From: Paraspadella gotoi
Taxonomy: Eukaryota; Animalia; Chaetognatha
Direction of reading: 5' to 3'
Length of the DNA: 63,826 nucleotides
NCBI GenBank assembly: GCA_051294375.1
Contig: CM119266.1
Coordinates: 9,804,538-9,868,363, forward strand
In this document: positions 11,339 to 25,520 of the stretch, piece after piece
Numbering within the stretch: position 1 is the stretch's first letter
Layout: every line of letters starts with the position of its first letter
Translations under genes and position numbers: made by a program
Notes under the pieces: model-generated
Seen by the model: the letters and a program-made list of their open reading frames with translations, nothing else
Told to the model about the DNA's origin: nothing
The model's database searches: none

Positions 11339-14300
11339 ATTATATTTTTTTCTGATTTTCCAAAGAATTCAATTTTTCGTTCTGCAATTCGAGGAGACGC
11401 CTCGATACAAAGACGGCGTCAACAGTTTCCGCGCCCTGCTATGTTACGCGGCGCTCCGCCGTACGGGCCCGAGCGTCACAACCACGCCCATCACAAAAAT
11501 GGCGTTTGTTTACTGCCAATTCGCCATTTTGACGTCCGTTCGAAACTCGGCGGGAGAGGGCGAACCGAGTGGGGAGCAAGGACGTTGAGTGGAGGAAGGA
11601 AGAATATGGATTTGGAAAACCGTCATCATTATCGTCGTCGTGGTCATTGTTGTCATGACAACTAAATTCTGCAGCCCGAATTATTTCAATTTCAAGTTTG
11701 AGAACGACAAAACCGACGCAAGAAGCCGACAAGAAGCCGACGCTTAACCTGTTCCAAGACAATGAGCTTTTTTACTTCGTGTCAGCATGAAATCGCTTGT
11801 ACCTTTCCGTTGNNNNNNNNNNNNNNNNAAAAAAAATCCTTAATTAATTTTTCGATTTTTATGGCGCGGAACGAAAAAAATGACGGTAAACGACGACGAC
11901 GATAATGACGATTACGACTGAGTCAAAGGAATAAGGGACGACGACGATGACAATGACGACTATGACACGACGTCGACGATGACAATTAAAACACGGACAT
12001 TGGCTTGGGAGGAGGGGACGGCGATGATGACAATGACGAATACGAAACGACGCGAAAGATGATGATGATGACTACATAGACAATGAAAATGAAGACTATA
12101 ATGACGTCGACAAAGACGATGACGACAAAGACGAAGACGACGACGACACCGAAAGCGAAAGGGACGACGATGATGATTACGATTACACCAATGACAACGA
12201 CGACAACGACGCCGAGAACGACGACAACGACGACAACGACGACAACGACGCCGAGAACGACGACGACGACGACGACGACGATCCGTACGGCGCCGTCTGA
12301 ATAGTGCTTTATTAGCGAATGCCTTTGGTCTTGACAAGTCGCTTGGGGGCCGGGTCTGATGAAAAAATAATTTACTAAAAAATTTATGAAAAATTTTTTC
12401 GCTTGTTGAAAAAGCTTTAAAAAAACCTGTGGTCGATATTAAATATCGTCTCTCTCTCTCTCTNNNNNNNNNNNNNNNNNNNNNNNNNNNNNNNNNNNNN
12501 NNNNNNNNNNNNNNNNNNNNNNNNNNNNNNNNNNNNNNNNNNNNNNNNNNNNNNNNNNNNNNNNNNNNNNNNNNNNNNNNNNNNNNNNNNNNNNNNNNNN
12601 NNNNNNNNNNNNNNNNNNNNNNNNNNNNNNNNNNNNNNNNNNNNNNNNNNNNNNNNNNNNNNNNNNNNNNNNNNNNNNNNNNNNNNNNNNNNNNNNNNNN
12701 NNNNNNNNNNCGCACTAATGGATTTCCGTTCTCTCTCTTTCTCTCTCGCGACGAAGCGACGGATTCTCGACTCTCGTTCCCCTCAACATCCCCCTCGCCC
12801 CTTTCCCACCCTTCCTTACCCCTCCCAATCCCACTCGGGCGCTGAATCGTCAAGGTGAGGCGAGGTAAGTCCCAACTTTTGTTTGCATAAATGGAAAACG
12901 TAAAGAAATATCCCCGCCTTCTTCGCGCCTTTCCCTTTACGTCTTCGCATTTCGAAACNNNNNNNNNNNNNNNNNNNNNNNNNNNNNNNNNNNNNNNNNN
13001 NNNNNNNNNNNNNNNNNNNNNNNNNNNNNNNNNNNNNNNNNNNNNNNNNNNNNNNNNNNNNNNNNNNNNNNNNNNNNNNNNNNNNNNNNNNNNNNNNNNN
13101 NNNNNNNNNNNNNNNNNNNNNNNNNNNNNNNNNNNNNNNNNNNNNNNNNNNNNNNNNNNNNNNNNNNNNNNNNNNNNNNNNNNNNNNNNNNNNNNNNNNN
13201 NNNNNNNNNNNNNNNCGGGGCGTCGTCGTCGTCGTCGTCGTCCTTCCCCCTTTCCATCCATCCGTCCGTCCGTCCGTCCGTCCGACAAACGACTCGAGGG
13301 TCGACGCTCGGAATCGGAGGAGGGCGCCACCATTGACGCCGTGAATCGGGCGGGTGGGATCGGAGGTGGGTGCGAGGGCCGGAAAGGGGCGTGGAAGGCC
13401 GATCTTCGGNNNNNNNNNNNNNNNNNNNNNNNNNNNNNNNNNNNNNNNNNNNNNNNNNNNNNNNNNNNNNNNNNNNNNNNNNNNNNNNNNNNNNNNNNNN
13501 NNNNNNNNNNNNNNNNNNNNNNNNNNNNNNNNNNNNNNNNNNNNNNNNNNNNNNNNNNNNNNNNNNNNNNNNNNNNNNNNNNNNNNNNNNNNNNNNNNNN
13601 NNNNNNNNNNNNNNNNNNNNNNNNNNNNNNNNNNNNNNNNNNNNNNNNNNNNNNNNNNNNNNNNNNNNNNNNNNNNNNNNNNNNNNNNNNNNNNNNNNNN
13701 NNNNNNNNNNNNNNNNNNNNNNNNNNNNNNNNNNNNNNNNNNNNNNNNNNNNNNNNNNNNNNNNNNNNNNNNNNNNNNNNNNNNNNNNNNNNNNNNNNNN
13801 NNNNNNNNNNNNNNNNNNNNNNNNNNNNNNNNNNNNNNNNNNNNNNNNNNNNNNNNNNNNNNNNNNNNNNNNNNNNNNNNNNNNNNNNNNNNNNNNNNNN
13901 NNNNNNNNNNNNNNNNNNNNNNNNNNNNNNNNNNNNNNNNNNNNNNNNCGAAGATGGCGCCGGGAGAGGTGGGAGTGGCAACCGTAGCAACCGTGGCAAC
14001 CGTGGCACGAACCTGGGACGGGAGTTGACCCAACAACATAGGGCGACGCTGAAAGGACGATAAAAATGTTGGCGGTATAAGCAGACGGGGGCGGGGTGTC
14101 AGCGAATGTCGACTGGGTCTGCGGGGGTAGGGAACAGGGTAAGGGTATTTTTTGCCCTCCAGATGGAAAGGAAAGCACCCAAGTGACCCTGAAGGGCAAA
14201 AGGGAGACTTTTTGGTCGAGAAAAGAAGGAAAGCTTCCACTGTATAAAAATAAAGAAAAGAAAAAAGGAAAAAAAAGGAAATGAAACATTGAAATTCTCC

Positions 14301-14717
14301 CTTCGCCACGATATGGCCGACGGGAATGAGCTTTGACAACGACGACGACGACGACGACGACGACAACATTGCCGGCGACCAAAGATGCCACATCAAAAGG
14401 CTCTCGGGAAACTAAATTAGCCGCATCCAACAAGCCTTCGCTTAGATATATATGTGGTTTTTTTTCTCTCTCTTCTTTTGTTTCTACTTTTTCCCTTTCC
14501 TCTCCTATCCTTTTGTTTTTTTTTCTCTCCAGTTTTTTTTTCCTCTCGACGGAATCGAACGTCAATGCTGCCATCTGAACGGAAGAAGTGAAGAGAAACA
14601 GAGGAACAGCGAGAGATATTGTCGATATGTTGAATATGTGAGAAGTTACAAAAATTTTACAATGGCAGTGAAGGATCGCCGGTGAGATAAAACACAATTT
14701 CTAACAAATTGAGACAG

Positions 14718-14808
14718 AAAAAAAAATTAAAGAATTAAACTTGAAAACTCGGCGGCAAAATTAGGAAAAAAATTAAAGAATTAAACTTGAAAACTCGGCG
14801 GCAAAATT
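14718..14808 (+). repeat. Two tandem ~46-bp units
   Basis: aaaaaaaattaaagaattaaacttgaaaactcggcggcaaaatt occurs twice. Confidence 0.85.
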
Positions 14809-14917
14809 CGAAAAAGAAGAAAAAAACAAAAGTCGACCACTTCGGAAAATGAAGCGGGAGAAATGTAATGAGTCACCGGGGAAAGTTTGGATGGTAGGAG
14901 AATAATGGAGAGCCTTG

Positions 14918-14962
<45 letters not shown>

Positions 14963-16721
14963 TTACGTATTCAAAAAGACTTATGAAAGGAGCAAAACTT
15001 TTTTTTCCTTTCTCCCCCCCCCCGACCGCGACTCATTTTAATTTCGAGAACCGAAAGTGAAACAAAAACTTTTTTACCTAAAAAGAAAAAATCTTTGCTC
15101 ACAGAGAAAATTCTTTTTTTTTTTCTTTTGAGGTAATCACTTTTCACGCGCGGTCGGGCGGAAGAAAAAGGTAAATTAAGGTAAAGTAAGTCACAACGAG
15201 TGAGTTGAAAAGGAAGTGAGACGGTGAAAAAAANNNNNNNNNNNNNNNNNNNNNNNNNNNNNNNNNNNNNNNNNNNNNNNNNNNNNNNNNNNNNNNNNNN
15301 NNNNNNNNNNNNNNNNNNNNNNNNNNNNNNNNNNNNNNNNNNNNNNNNNNNNNNNNNNNNNNNNNNNNNNNNNNNNNNNNNNNNNNNNNNNNNNNNNNNN
15401 NNNNNNNNNNNNNNNNNNNNNGAGAGAGAGAGAGAGAGAGAGAAAATTCTCGTCGACGTCATCGCTACCACAGCAAAGTAAACGTCATAAACGTACATTT
15501 ACAGAGTCTTTGTCAATCCTTATTAGTCGACTCCGATATCATAGTTCATATCATATCATATCATATCATATCATCGCAATTTAAAGTCGTTGAACCAAAA
15601 TCGTCAGCGTCGTCGTCGCCATCGTCGTCGTCGTTCACTATTGGCGGATGGCGTCTGGGATTGCGATGATGATGACGACGACGACGACGACGATGAAGAC
15701 GACAACGACGACAACGACTCCGACTCCATCTAGGTGGGTTCTCCTCCCACGTCGCTCATTAACTCCGACGTTTGATGGAAACGAAATTCTCAATTTCAAA
15801 AAATTCCTCTCTCCTTTCGAATCGAGCGAGAATTTCTACGACGGGCTTTCATTTTCTACGCTTTTTTTTATATTAAAACGAAGAGAACGAATAATAAAAA
15901 TAAATGTCAGTTAGGGCGTTTGAAGGTTTGTCAGTTTCAGATGGCGCTGAACGTCGTGAGGTAGAGACAATCTAAACAAAATGATGACGTGGCGGACGAT
16001 AACGACAAATAAATGACGGCAAGAGGCGGCACCAATGGAAATAATACCGCGGTTTAAAAATAATGATACTATGTCACAAATTATAATTTCTTTTCAAATG
16101 TATCGTTAATCATTATTCGATAAAACTAAGCTAAAACTACTACAGTCGGCAAAGAACGAGAAGCGAATGTGAATTCGGGTGAAATTCTTGACATAAAGAA
16201 TCTTTTGTCTATTTGAATGAACATTGAACATTGAACATTGTTCAATGAACAATCGAGATGGGGTGGAAGCCCGGGGGGGGGGTGGGGGGAGTGGATGACG
16301 GCGTTGGGTGGAAAGATGAAGATGATTGTTGCAGTTGAGAGGAAATGTTATTAAGTCCTGATGTTGTGGTGATTAAGAATTGTCAAGAGTTGTGGAAATT
16401 TGGAATAGTGTCATTTAATAGTCGGTGATGTCAGTTCGTTACGCCTAATTATTTTAAGTTACACTTCGTGTCAACATCGTCCTTTGATTTATACTTTTAT
16501 AATTTTTTCTCTAGGCCACCTGATTTTGACGAAGATTATGCAGAAAAGTTGGGAGAAATATCAATGAATTAAATATGATTGGAAAAAATTGGAAAAAAAA
16601 AATACGCCCGAAATAGAAAAAAAACTAAAACTAAAAAATTGAATTCGACGAAAAAAATCCAGGAGATTCGATGGAGAGAGAAGATAAACCCTTTTATTGC
16701 TTCGGAAAGGCTCAAGCTAAA

Positions 16722-16828
<107 letters not shown>

Positions 16829-17035
16829 AAAAGATCCACGGCTTAGAAATGGGGGATAAGCGAACGGAAAAGCAAAGTCAACGATCGAAAGTAAAAAAAA
16901 ATCCGATTTACGTAGACAACTCGTAACCTAAGGAAGTAGAAGAGGATTCGTCGTTTGACGAAGTCGTTGGGAAGACTCCGCCGCCGTTGCCGCCGCTGCC
17001 GCCGCAGCCGACGCCGCCGCGGCCGCGATGGCCTG

Positions 17036-17395
17036 CTACTTGATCTCCCGCGGCGAGGAGGAGAAGAAGGAAGAGGAGGGAGAAACGGAGAAACCCAAAG
17101 CGGCGATGGAGGAATGTCGATCGATCGCGAGCGACTGGTCAGGGGATTTTCGGAAGATGTTCAGGTATGGGGATCGATGGGAGAAGGGGATCGGGGATAA
17201 AGGGGGGGGAAACTTAATGATGTTTGGGGGGTATGGGGTGAGCGGATCAGGGATGTAAGGGTTCAGAGCATCGGGGATCATGAATCGTGGATCATAGTGT
17301 AAGAGTTTAGGGATCAGCAGTGGAGAAGTCCCTTTACATCGATGTGACACTACTATGCGTTTGCTCGATCGGTTGGATCCAAGGAAATTTGACAA
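17036..17395 (-). CDS. Possible exon of an orphan Pro-rich protein
   Basis: Intact 119-codon frame of non-microsatellite sequence (PKLLHYDPRFMIPDALNPYIPDPLTPYPP..). No family recognised. Confidence 0.3.
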   Translation of the reverse strand: MSNFLGSNRSSKRIVVSHRCKGTSPLLIPKLLHYDPRFMIPDALNPYIPDPLTPYPPNIIKFPPPLSPIPFSHRSPYLNIFRKSPDQSLAIDRHSSIAALGFSVSPSSSFFSSSPREIK

Positions 17396-18702
17396 CTTTT
17401 ATCGATTGCTCCCATAAAATACCTTTTTGACATGAGAAAGAACATTATGTCTGACATTATCGTGATGTAAACATCGTAATCGCAGTTTACGTATTGTATT
17501 GTATTTTGTTGTCAACTGCTCGTTATATTTACTGCATTTCGGTTTGAAGAGTCAACCATAAAATGGCTTCGGTTCAAACCGGTATCGAACGCGAGACGCA
17601 CGGTTGAGAATAGTTTAACTTGCCGGCCTGGAATTAATGTTTGTGAAGTGCCTTGTTTAGCTACACTTGTTCTCTTTTGCGAAACCCTTTTTATTTCTAT
17701 TTTTATTTCTTATTCATCGCGTTTCTACTTTAACTTAAGACGTTTTGAGTTTTTTTCCTCCAGACGGAAATTCGTATTCGAGCGAAGATAAAAAAGTGAG
17801 AAACGAGAATATTCGTGAGAGAGAGGCGGGGCGTGGGCGGCGGAAACGACAGAGACGGAGCAGAGACGAGAGCAGAGAGAGAGGAGAGGGGAGAGAGAGA
17901 GAGAAGAGAGAGGGAGAGAGAGAAAGGAAAAGGATGCAAATTTGTCAGAATTAGTCGCGAACCGTGAGTCGAAATGGATCATGCAAAATTCACGTCTTCG
18001 TTGATGCCAGGCGAATTCCCCCATCTGGCGCAGGCGGGGGGGGGCGGCAGAGGAGTGATAGGTGCGCGGTTAAAAGAGCATGCAGGACAAAAAACCGGAG
18101 AAAGAAAGAGAAAGAAAGAGAGTAAAACGCTTTAGAAAGAAGGAAAGATTGTGACAAAGAGATAAAAATATTTAGAATAAGATGAAAGTCAATGAGAAGA
18201 GACAGACGACAGAAAAAATTAAAAGAAAAAAAGAAGATAAAAAGAAATGAAAGAAAGAAAGATAAGAAAGAAAGAAAGGAAAAAAAGAAAAGAAAGAGAA
18301 AGAAAGATTAAAGAAGAAGGAGAAAGAAAGAAAGAAAGAAGAAGAAGAAAGAAAGACGAAAGAAAAAGAAAGAAAGAAAGAAAGAAGAAAGAAAAAAAAT
18401 AAAGAAGCAAAAAGTAGGAAAAAAACACCCTGCTTGCTTTGCTTTGCTGCTCGCGCCGAAACAAGCGATTTTATCTCCGCGGGACAGACGAAATGTTTTA
18501 CCGCGCGCGAGGAGTTTTGCAAAGGGGGGGCGGAGGGAGGCGAGAGGCTTGGGGGGTTGAGGGGGGGGAGTGGGCGATTTAAGGGCGATGAGTGGTTTCG
18601 ATGAAGAGGAGGAGTGTTAGGCGGCATCGTGTCGCTGACTTGAGGGGGAACCACTTTCGCTGAGAGTCGAGACTCGAAATGGTTTCGAACTCCCGACGGA
18701 GA

Positions 18703-18734
<32 letters not shown>

Positions 18735-18783
18735 CGGCACGACCGACGACGACGACGGCGACGACAGACGACGGAGCGGCTGA

Positions 18784-18815
<32 letters not shown>

Positions 18816-21157
18816 AATCTCTTTTTACCGAAAAAAAAACGAGAGAAAAAACGTTTTTGTTTTTTTTATTTGGACGCAAATCAAATCAGATCTGCAGGTT
18901 TAAATTTGGAAGGAAACCTCATCGGACGTGAAGCTCACAATTCGATTCGTGTGAGGCTAAACGTTTTTGACTCGTGAGCGTTATCAATTTTCTCACAGAG
19001 TAGCTATAATAAATAAGAGTTAAGTGAAACGTAATGAACTTTCATGTAAATAAATCAAATACTTTTTAATCCAAGTCAGAATCGAACTCAAACGAGTCAT
19101 CAATGGAAGATTTACATTCATTTTTCAATTTATTGCATCTCCAAATAGATATATTTGTGTTTTTTTTATAAATTTGATTCAGAACAAAAAATTATCATTC
19201 TCCTCTCATCTTTGAAAACTGCAGCAGCATCAGCATCAGCATAAAATGCAGCAGCAACAACATCAACAATCCCGCCCCATGACTTACCCATTCGTCGTTT
19301 GACTCACTCACGCTTTCGCTCGAATCTCCGCATTATTCACGTCGCTCTTGTTTTTCTTTTTCCCTTCCTTTTTTTTTTCCGGAGCTTTGCTCGGCATCGG
19401 CAAGCTCGACCGCGCGTCGGCAAAACCGTCGGCCAAAAGGCGCCGGCGACGAGGACTCCCGGTCGCGTTATGACGCTGTTTCGTTTGAGTCTCGACTCGT
19501 AACGGGAATTCAGAGCTTCGGGTTCTTTTTTTTTTTCCGACGCGGGAATTCCAACCGACTTTTCTTTTCTTCTTTTTTCTTCTTTTTTTTTTTGGTCGAC
19601 ATTTTCTTTTCTTTTTTTTTTCCTGTTTCGAATACGAAAGGTATTTTTAGTTGCGCCGCGAGTACTCGCGGAGCAACTCTATAAGTCACTTTTCGGTCGG
19701 TCGGTCCGTCAGTCGGTTTATCCCACTTACGTTAAAAACGCTTATAACTTGCCTATAGTTTGTTGCTCATTTGTTAAAAATCAAATCTAAGCGACTAGTA
19801 GCGCCGCCTTTTGTTTTTAAAGAAATCTTATAAACTATAAGTAAAAAGAAAAGTAATGCGGCGCAACACCTTGGAATAACCGTTCCTTGTTATCTTTATT
19901 TCGGGTTTGAAGATAAAGAGAAGGGCGAAGAAAGAGCGAGGGGAGAGAGAGGCATGTCCTAGTGAGCTTTTTCTCTTTAAGATTTCTAGGCTTGGGTTTT
20001 TGTCTCACAGTCTGCTTGTCATATTGTCACTATCTTTTTGTTTGTTTGGTTCTTTTAGCCTTTAGTTTCTTTGTTCTTTTCTTTTCTTTTCATCTTTTCT
20101 TTTCTTTTCTTTTCTCTTCTCTTTATTTATCTTATTCTCCCCTTCTTTACCCAACCCTCCCTCTTCCCCTCCCCCCCTCCCCTTCCATGTCCAACTTTAT
20201 TCCTCTGCCTTGTCTCATCCCCTTGCATTCTTCAATCTTCATGCCTTCGACACACATGCCCTAATTCCACCTTCGTTCAAATTTCCGTCTCTTGGTACAG
20301 AATCTCTTGTTTAGTTTGTTTACATGCTTGTTAGCTGGTTAGCTTGTTCGTTTTGCTTTCCTCCTCTCGTTTTTTGTTCTTTCTTCGTTTCTTTATATTC
20401 GTTCATTTTATCTTTCTGTCTTTATTTCTTTTTCTCTGTCTTTCACTCTGTCTTTCTTTCCAGCTTTTAATCTTCGTAATCTCAACGCTCACTTAAAAAA
20501 AGGCAAAATTCTCATAAATCTCAATTTTTCTTCTCTTCACTGTTCTGCGGATGTAAACAGATTAACGTTTTTTTTTCCACCTTTGCGGATAAGATTAAAA
20601 CGCCTACCTCTCTCCCGTATGTAATTGAACTCAACGTCTTTCCATTCGCGCAAGATGACGATAATCGCTTCGGTCGACATCTAAATTTATAAGAATCTTC
20701 GTAGTTTTTTTTTTTCTCTCATTTTTTCCTTCCGCGTTTGCATCTGACGACGTTCAATTTGGTTGCCACGTCGTAGATACTAGGTAACTAACTGTTGCTG
20801 TTGTTACTAACGTCGCCAACTACATTATGAACGCGTCAACTTTCTCGTAAAATTTAAAAAAATTTCTCATCATAACATCCTTTTATCGTTTCCCCCCCAT
20901 GTTTTTGAAAAAAATCTCCCCCTGGTGGGTGATTCGCCCATTGCTCGTTGTAATACTTTGATCCTCGGAAAACGTAGAAAACCCATAAACTCGAAAACCC
21001 ATCACCATGACAACGGCGCACGCTTTCCCATGTTCCCCTCCCCTTTAAAAAAAAAGTTGTGTCCATTTTTTTGGAGAAAATATTTTTTTAGGTTTCTTTT
21101 AAATTTTACGCCACGTTCGCTCGGGACGGAATTTTTGGACCCTATTTACTCTGATGT

Positions 21158-21193
<36 letters not shown>

Positions 21194-22928
21194 AAACATC
21201 AACAAGGAGCATAAATTAGTTGTCTTCTTTGTTGTCGTCGTCGTTGAATTAACAGTAAAACTGATGGTGCCCAACCATCTTTAAACTCGGTATAGGATAG
21301 TTATCTATTACCAAGATTTTCTTCTATTCCACCAAAGGTGGTCATCCTCACTCTTTCCCAGCCACCCCATCCCACCACTCCAAGCCCCCCACCACCCCCA
21401 ACGCGGAATGCCATTTCCTGCGGGCGATTCTCGTCCACCGCGCCGCCCGCTCCTCCTCCGCGGCCGCCGCCGCCGCACGATTTTTCATTGAAAAACTAAG
21501 GACGCAGCTGCTCGAAGGAATAAACAATCGCCGCATTCGCTCCTACTGTCCTATGAAGTGTATCTGGCTCCTGCAATCGCTCTGCTTGTCTGGCTCCTTT
21601 CATTCTGCTTCTGTAATAATCTTTTCGCCTCTTCTCAAAAGGAGTTTATCTGGCTGTTTGAATCGCCCTGCCTGTTGGGCTCCTCTGATAATCTTTCTCT
21701 CCTCGTCTATTTTGAAAACAAAATAGATCTGGATCCTCGAATCGCCCAACTCTGGCTAAATTTATTCCGCTCCTATAATTCTCTTTTTTTCGCTCCTCCA
21801 ATCGCCGGCTAATCACGGGTTCCAATCTCGAATCTGGCTTCTTTTTTTTTTTTGCCTCCTGCGAATTTGGATACTTTTTTCTGCTCCACTTCCTCTTCCT
21901 CCTCCCTTCAACCCTCCCTTTCCTCTCCTCCTCATCCTCCTCCTCCTCCTCCTCCCAACTCTCTCTTCTCCCCCTCCGCCTCGGTCGCGCCCTCTCAGGA
22001 TTCAGACCCTTCGTCTGTTGCTGATGGAAAGTAAAACAGCAACNNNNNNNNNNNNNNNNNNNNNNNNNNNNNNNNNNNNNNNNNNNNNNNNNNNNNNNNN
22101 NNNNNNNNNNNNNNNNNNNNNNNNNNNNNNNNNNNNNNNNNNNNNNNNNNNNNNNNNNNNNNNNNNNNNNNNNNNNNNNNNNNNNNNNNNNNNNNNNNNN
22201 NNNNNNNNNNNNNNNNNNNNNNNNNNNNNNNNNNNNNNNNNCGCACAGAAAAACCCTAAAAGAGAGAGAAACTTAGAGAGCGAGGAAAAGGGGAGTAAGG
22301 CTAAGGGATAAAGATGAGAAGTGGCGGAAGTGAGTTTTTGGGAAGTTTGGTAAGTTATCATAAAGTAGTATAAAACACCAATAAAGTCATTATGAGTGAA
22401 ACAATATTTAAAAGATAAAAACTTTTAAAAATTTTTAAGTTAACCTAAAAACCTTGATACTTGAAAAAATCTTGGAAATGTTAAGTGTGACCGACGTCGG
22501 ATTTAATAAGGTTTAATCTGAACGTGAAAATCGAATTGCATCCCGAAATTAAATTTAAAATCCGTATGCAACTTAACCTATCGTTTTTATATACCCCATC
22601 TCCAGAACCCAGGAACATAAGATGTTGCTGGAGGACGACCTGCGCGACCTGCTGGAGAGTCACGTGACCGCGGCGAGGGAAAGAGAGAGAGCGGCGGCGA
22701 TGGCGGGTCTCGTGGACGGACGGATGGCTTACCTCAGACAGACGCATCACGACTCGTCTTGGAAAGAGACGGGTGAGAAATGAGGAAGAAAATGATAAAA
22801 ATAACAAATATATATAATAAATAATAAAATTTAAAAAATATACATTATGTATATACTCTCCTTTCGTTGTTTTTGAGGTATTAGGAAAAAACAGTTTTTG
22901 TTTGACAACGATTTATTTGACACAATTT

Positions 22929-22979
22929 AGTCAGACATGTTTCGGCTCATTCATTTAGAGCCTTCATCAGTGTTTGACA
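22929..22979 (-). ncRNA. Mirror-image minimal hammerhead ribozyme on the minus strand
   Basis: Exact reverse complement of 23053-23103 (plus strand reads gacatgtttcggctc...gagccttcatcag). Confidence 0.78.
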
Positions 22980-23052
22980 ATCAATATTTTGTCTCTGTTG
23001 AAGTAAGTTTTTGAGAGACAAAAACTTACTTCAACAGAGACAAAATATTGAT

Positions 23053-23103
23053 TGTCAAACACTGATGAAGGCTCTAAATGAATGAGCCGAAACATGTCTG
23101 ACT
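23053..23103 (+). ncRNA. Minimal type I hammerhead ribozyme (Penelope-like-element type)
   Basis: CTGATGA (23062-23068), extra A, helix II ggctc/gagcc, GAAA (23089-23092), short palindromic helix III ACATGT, and a GTC cleavage triplet (23096-23098). Helix I is weak. Confidence 0.8.
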
Positions 23104-23943
23104 AAATTGTGTCAAATAAATCGTTGTCAAACAAAAACTGTTTTTTCCTAAAAAATATACAGAAATAAAAAACAAAAGATAAATCGACACAAAAAATAAA
23201 AAAAATTGAAATAAAAAGTTGAAAAAGATTTGAAAAAAATGAAAATATCAGTCAAAAAAGGTAAAAGGTAGAANNNNNNNNNNNNNNNNNNNNNNNNNNN
23301 NNNNNNNNNNNNNNNNNNNNNNNNNNNNNNNNNNNNNNNNNNNNNNNNNNNNNNNNNNNNNNNNNNNNNNNNNNNNNNNNNNNNNNNNNNNNNNNNNNNN
23401 NNNNNNNNNNNNNNNNNNNNNNNNNNNNNNNNNNNNNNNNNNNNNNNNNNNNNNNNNNNNNNNNNNNNNNNNNNNNNNNNNNNNNNNNNNNNNNNNNNNN
23501 NNNNNNNNNNNNNNNNNNNNNNNNNNNNNNNNNNNNNNNNNNNNNNNNNNNNNNNNNCGCTTCTTCAAAAGATTCTTTTTCTTTCTTCGGTTCCATTTCC
23601 ATACTGAACCATTTTACCTACCCAGTACCCGCATTTCCACCAGCCAGTCTACAATCGGGTTATATTGATTTTTGGAAATCATTTCTTTGTATGACGTGGT
23701 ACTTGCCTTTGTGAGATATATTCTAATAAAAAGCCTTGTTCGTTGCCATGGTCAACAAGTCTGAACCCCGAAATCCTTTTAATATGCCACACTGTCCAGT
23801 GCCCACTCGGTCCAGAGTTACATCTGATCTTACTCTAACAATCACCTCATTGTGAGATAACTCACCTTTATATAGTCTTCCGACTTTGCCCCATGAGACG
23901 CCATAAAATTCACACACAGAAATCTTCTCTACGAAGGGTAATT

Positions 23944-23975
<32 letters not shown>

Positions 23976-24757
23976 NNNNNNNNNNNNNNNNNNNNNNNNN
24001 NNNNNNNNNNNNNNNNNNNNNNNNNNNNNNNNNNNNNNNNNNNNNNNNNNNNNNNNNNNNNNNNNNNNNNNNNNNNNNNNNNNNNNNNNNNNNNNNNNNN
24101 NNNNNNNNNNNNNNNNNNNNNNNNNNNNNNNNNNNNNNNNNNNNNNNNNNNNNNNNNNNNNNNNNNNNNNNNNNNNNNNNNNNNNNNNNNNNNNNNNNNN
24201 NNNNNNNNNNNNNNNNNNNNNNNNNNNNNNNNNNNNNNNNNNNNNNNNNNNNNNNNNNNNNNNNNNNNNNNNNNNNNNNNNNNNNNNNNNNNNNNNNNNN
24301 NNNNNNNNNNNNNNNNNNNNNNNNNNNNNNNTCTGGTCTTTCCCTTCTCGTCGTCTCTCTCTGTTCCACTCTCTCTCTGTGTTCTGTCTCGTCTTCTGTC
24401 TCTCTCTCTCTATCCTTTCTTCTCTCTCTCCTCTCTCTCTCTCTTCATTCTGCTCTTCTCTTTCTTCTCTACTCTCCTCTCCTTCTCCCTTTCTCTCGTC
24501 TCTCTCTCTCCTCTCCTCTCGAGTCTACTCTCCTCTCTCTCTCTCCTGTGTCTGCTCTGTCTGTTGTCTGTCTGTTCGTCCTTCTCTCTCTTCTCTCTTT
24601 CTTTCTTCTCTCTCTCATCTCTCCTCTCTCTCTGCTTCTTGCTCTCTCTATCTTCTCTCGTCTCTTTTGCTCTTCTCTCTCTTCTCTTCCCTCTCTCTCT
24701 CTCTCTCTCTCTCTTCTCGCTCTCTCTCTCTCTCTCTCTCTACTCCTCTCTCTTCAG

Positions 24758-24996
24758 GCCATGATCCTCCGCCCGGCCGGATACCGCAGCGCACTTGGCG
24801 CGACTTCCACACGACGCTCGACCCTAAAAACGTCGGGAGTCGCCACTCGGTCGCCGGCATCTGTCACTACGTCCCGCCCATCGTGGAACTCCCCAAACGC
24901 GCCGTCATCTACTTGGAGCATCACCAGCTGTTGTATCTGCTGGAGGAGATTTTGGTGGAGATGCTCGTCAGGTTGTTTTCGAGGGTGGGAGGTTGA
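24758..24996 (+). CDS. Probable terminal exon of an orphan gene
   Basis: Follows a (CT)n tract and a ttcag acceptor. GC3-rich open frame HDPPPGRIPQRTWRDFH...RLFSRVGG*. Confidence 0.45.
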
Positions 24997-25520
24997 AAGG
25001 GGGGGGCGTGGAGGTTTTTTTGGAAAGACGTTTGAATTCGTTTCTTTTCTTTTCCTTTCGATTCTTTTCCTTTTTCATTTCCTTTTTTTTTCGGTTCATT
25101 TTCCTTTTCTTTCTTTTCCTTTCTTTTCATTTACTTTCCTCTCTTTTGGGATCCTTTAGTTTCCTTTTCTTTCAGTTCCCGTGTTCCATTGCTAATGTTC
25201 CTTTTCTTTTCCTTTCTTTTCTTTTCTTTTCTTTTCTTTCCTTTTCCTAACTCTCCTTTTTTCCCTTTTCTTCACTCTTCTTTCCTTTCCTTAACTTTCC
25301 TTTCATATCCTTTTTTCTCATTTCCTTTCCTTTCCTTTTCTTTCTTCTCCTTTCCTTTAATATCCATTTCCTTTCCTTCTCATCCTTTCCCATCCTATCC
25401 ATTTTCATCACATTTCATCTCTCAATGTAAAAACCACGAATCACACAAATCATCGTTTCCGCGATGCAAGCGAAACTCCCCCCNNNNNNNNNNNNNNNNN
25501 NNNNNNNNTACAAGAGAGAG

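Larger units (their letters stand above)
22881..23151. repeat. Perfect palindrome: 133-bp arms and a 5-nt spacer (agaga); Penelope-like-element-derived inverted repeat
   Basis: 22881-23013 is the reverse complement of 23019-23151. Each arm carries a hammerhead core. Confidence 0.93.
18940..25483 (+). repeat. Copy 1 of a ~6.5-kb tandem duplication
   Basis: Starts attcgattcgtgtgaggctaaa and ends gcgaaactcccccc at a 25-N gap. Collinear with 25521-32390. Confidence 0.9.

Noticed and set aside
11960-14697. Very long ORFs (682, 586, 526, 390 aa)
   Set aside because: They are open only because they run through N gaps and (GAC)n tracts.
23723-23917. dUTPase-like reading (RSD..G)
   Set aside because: The five dUTPase motifs are not recoverable and the coding strand is ambiguous.
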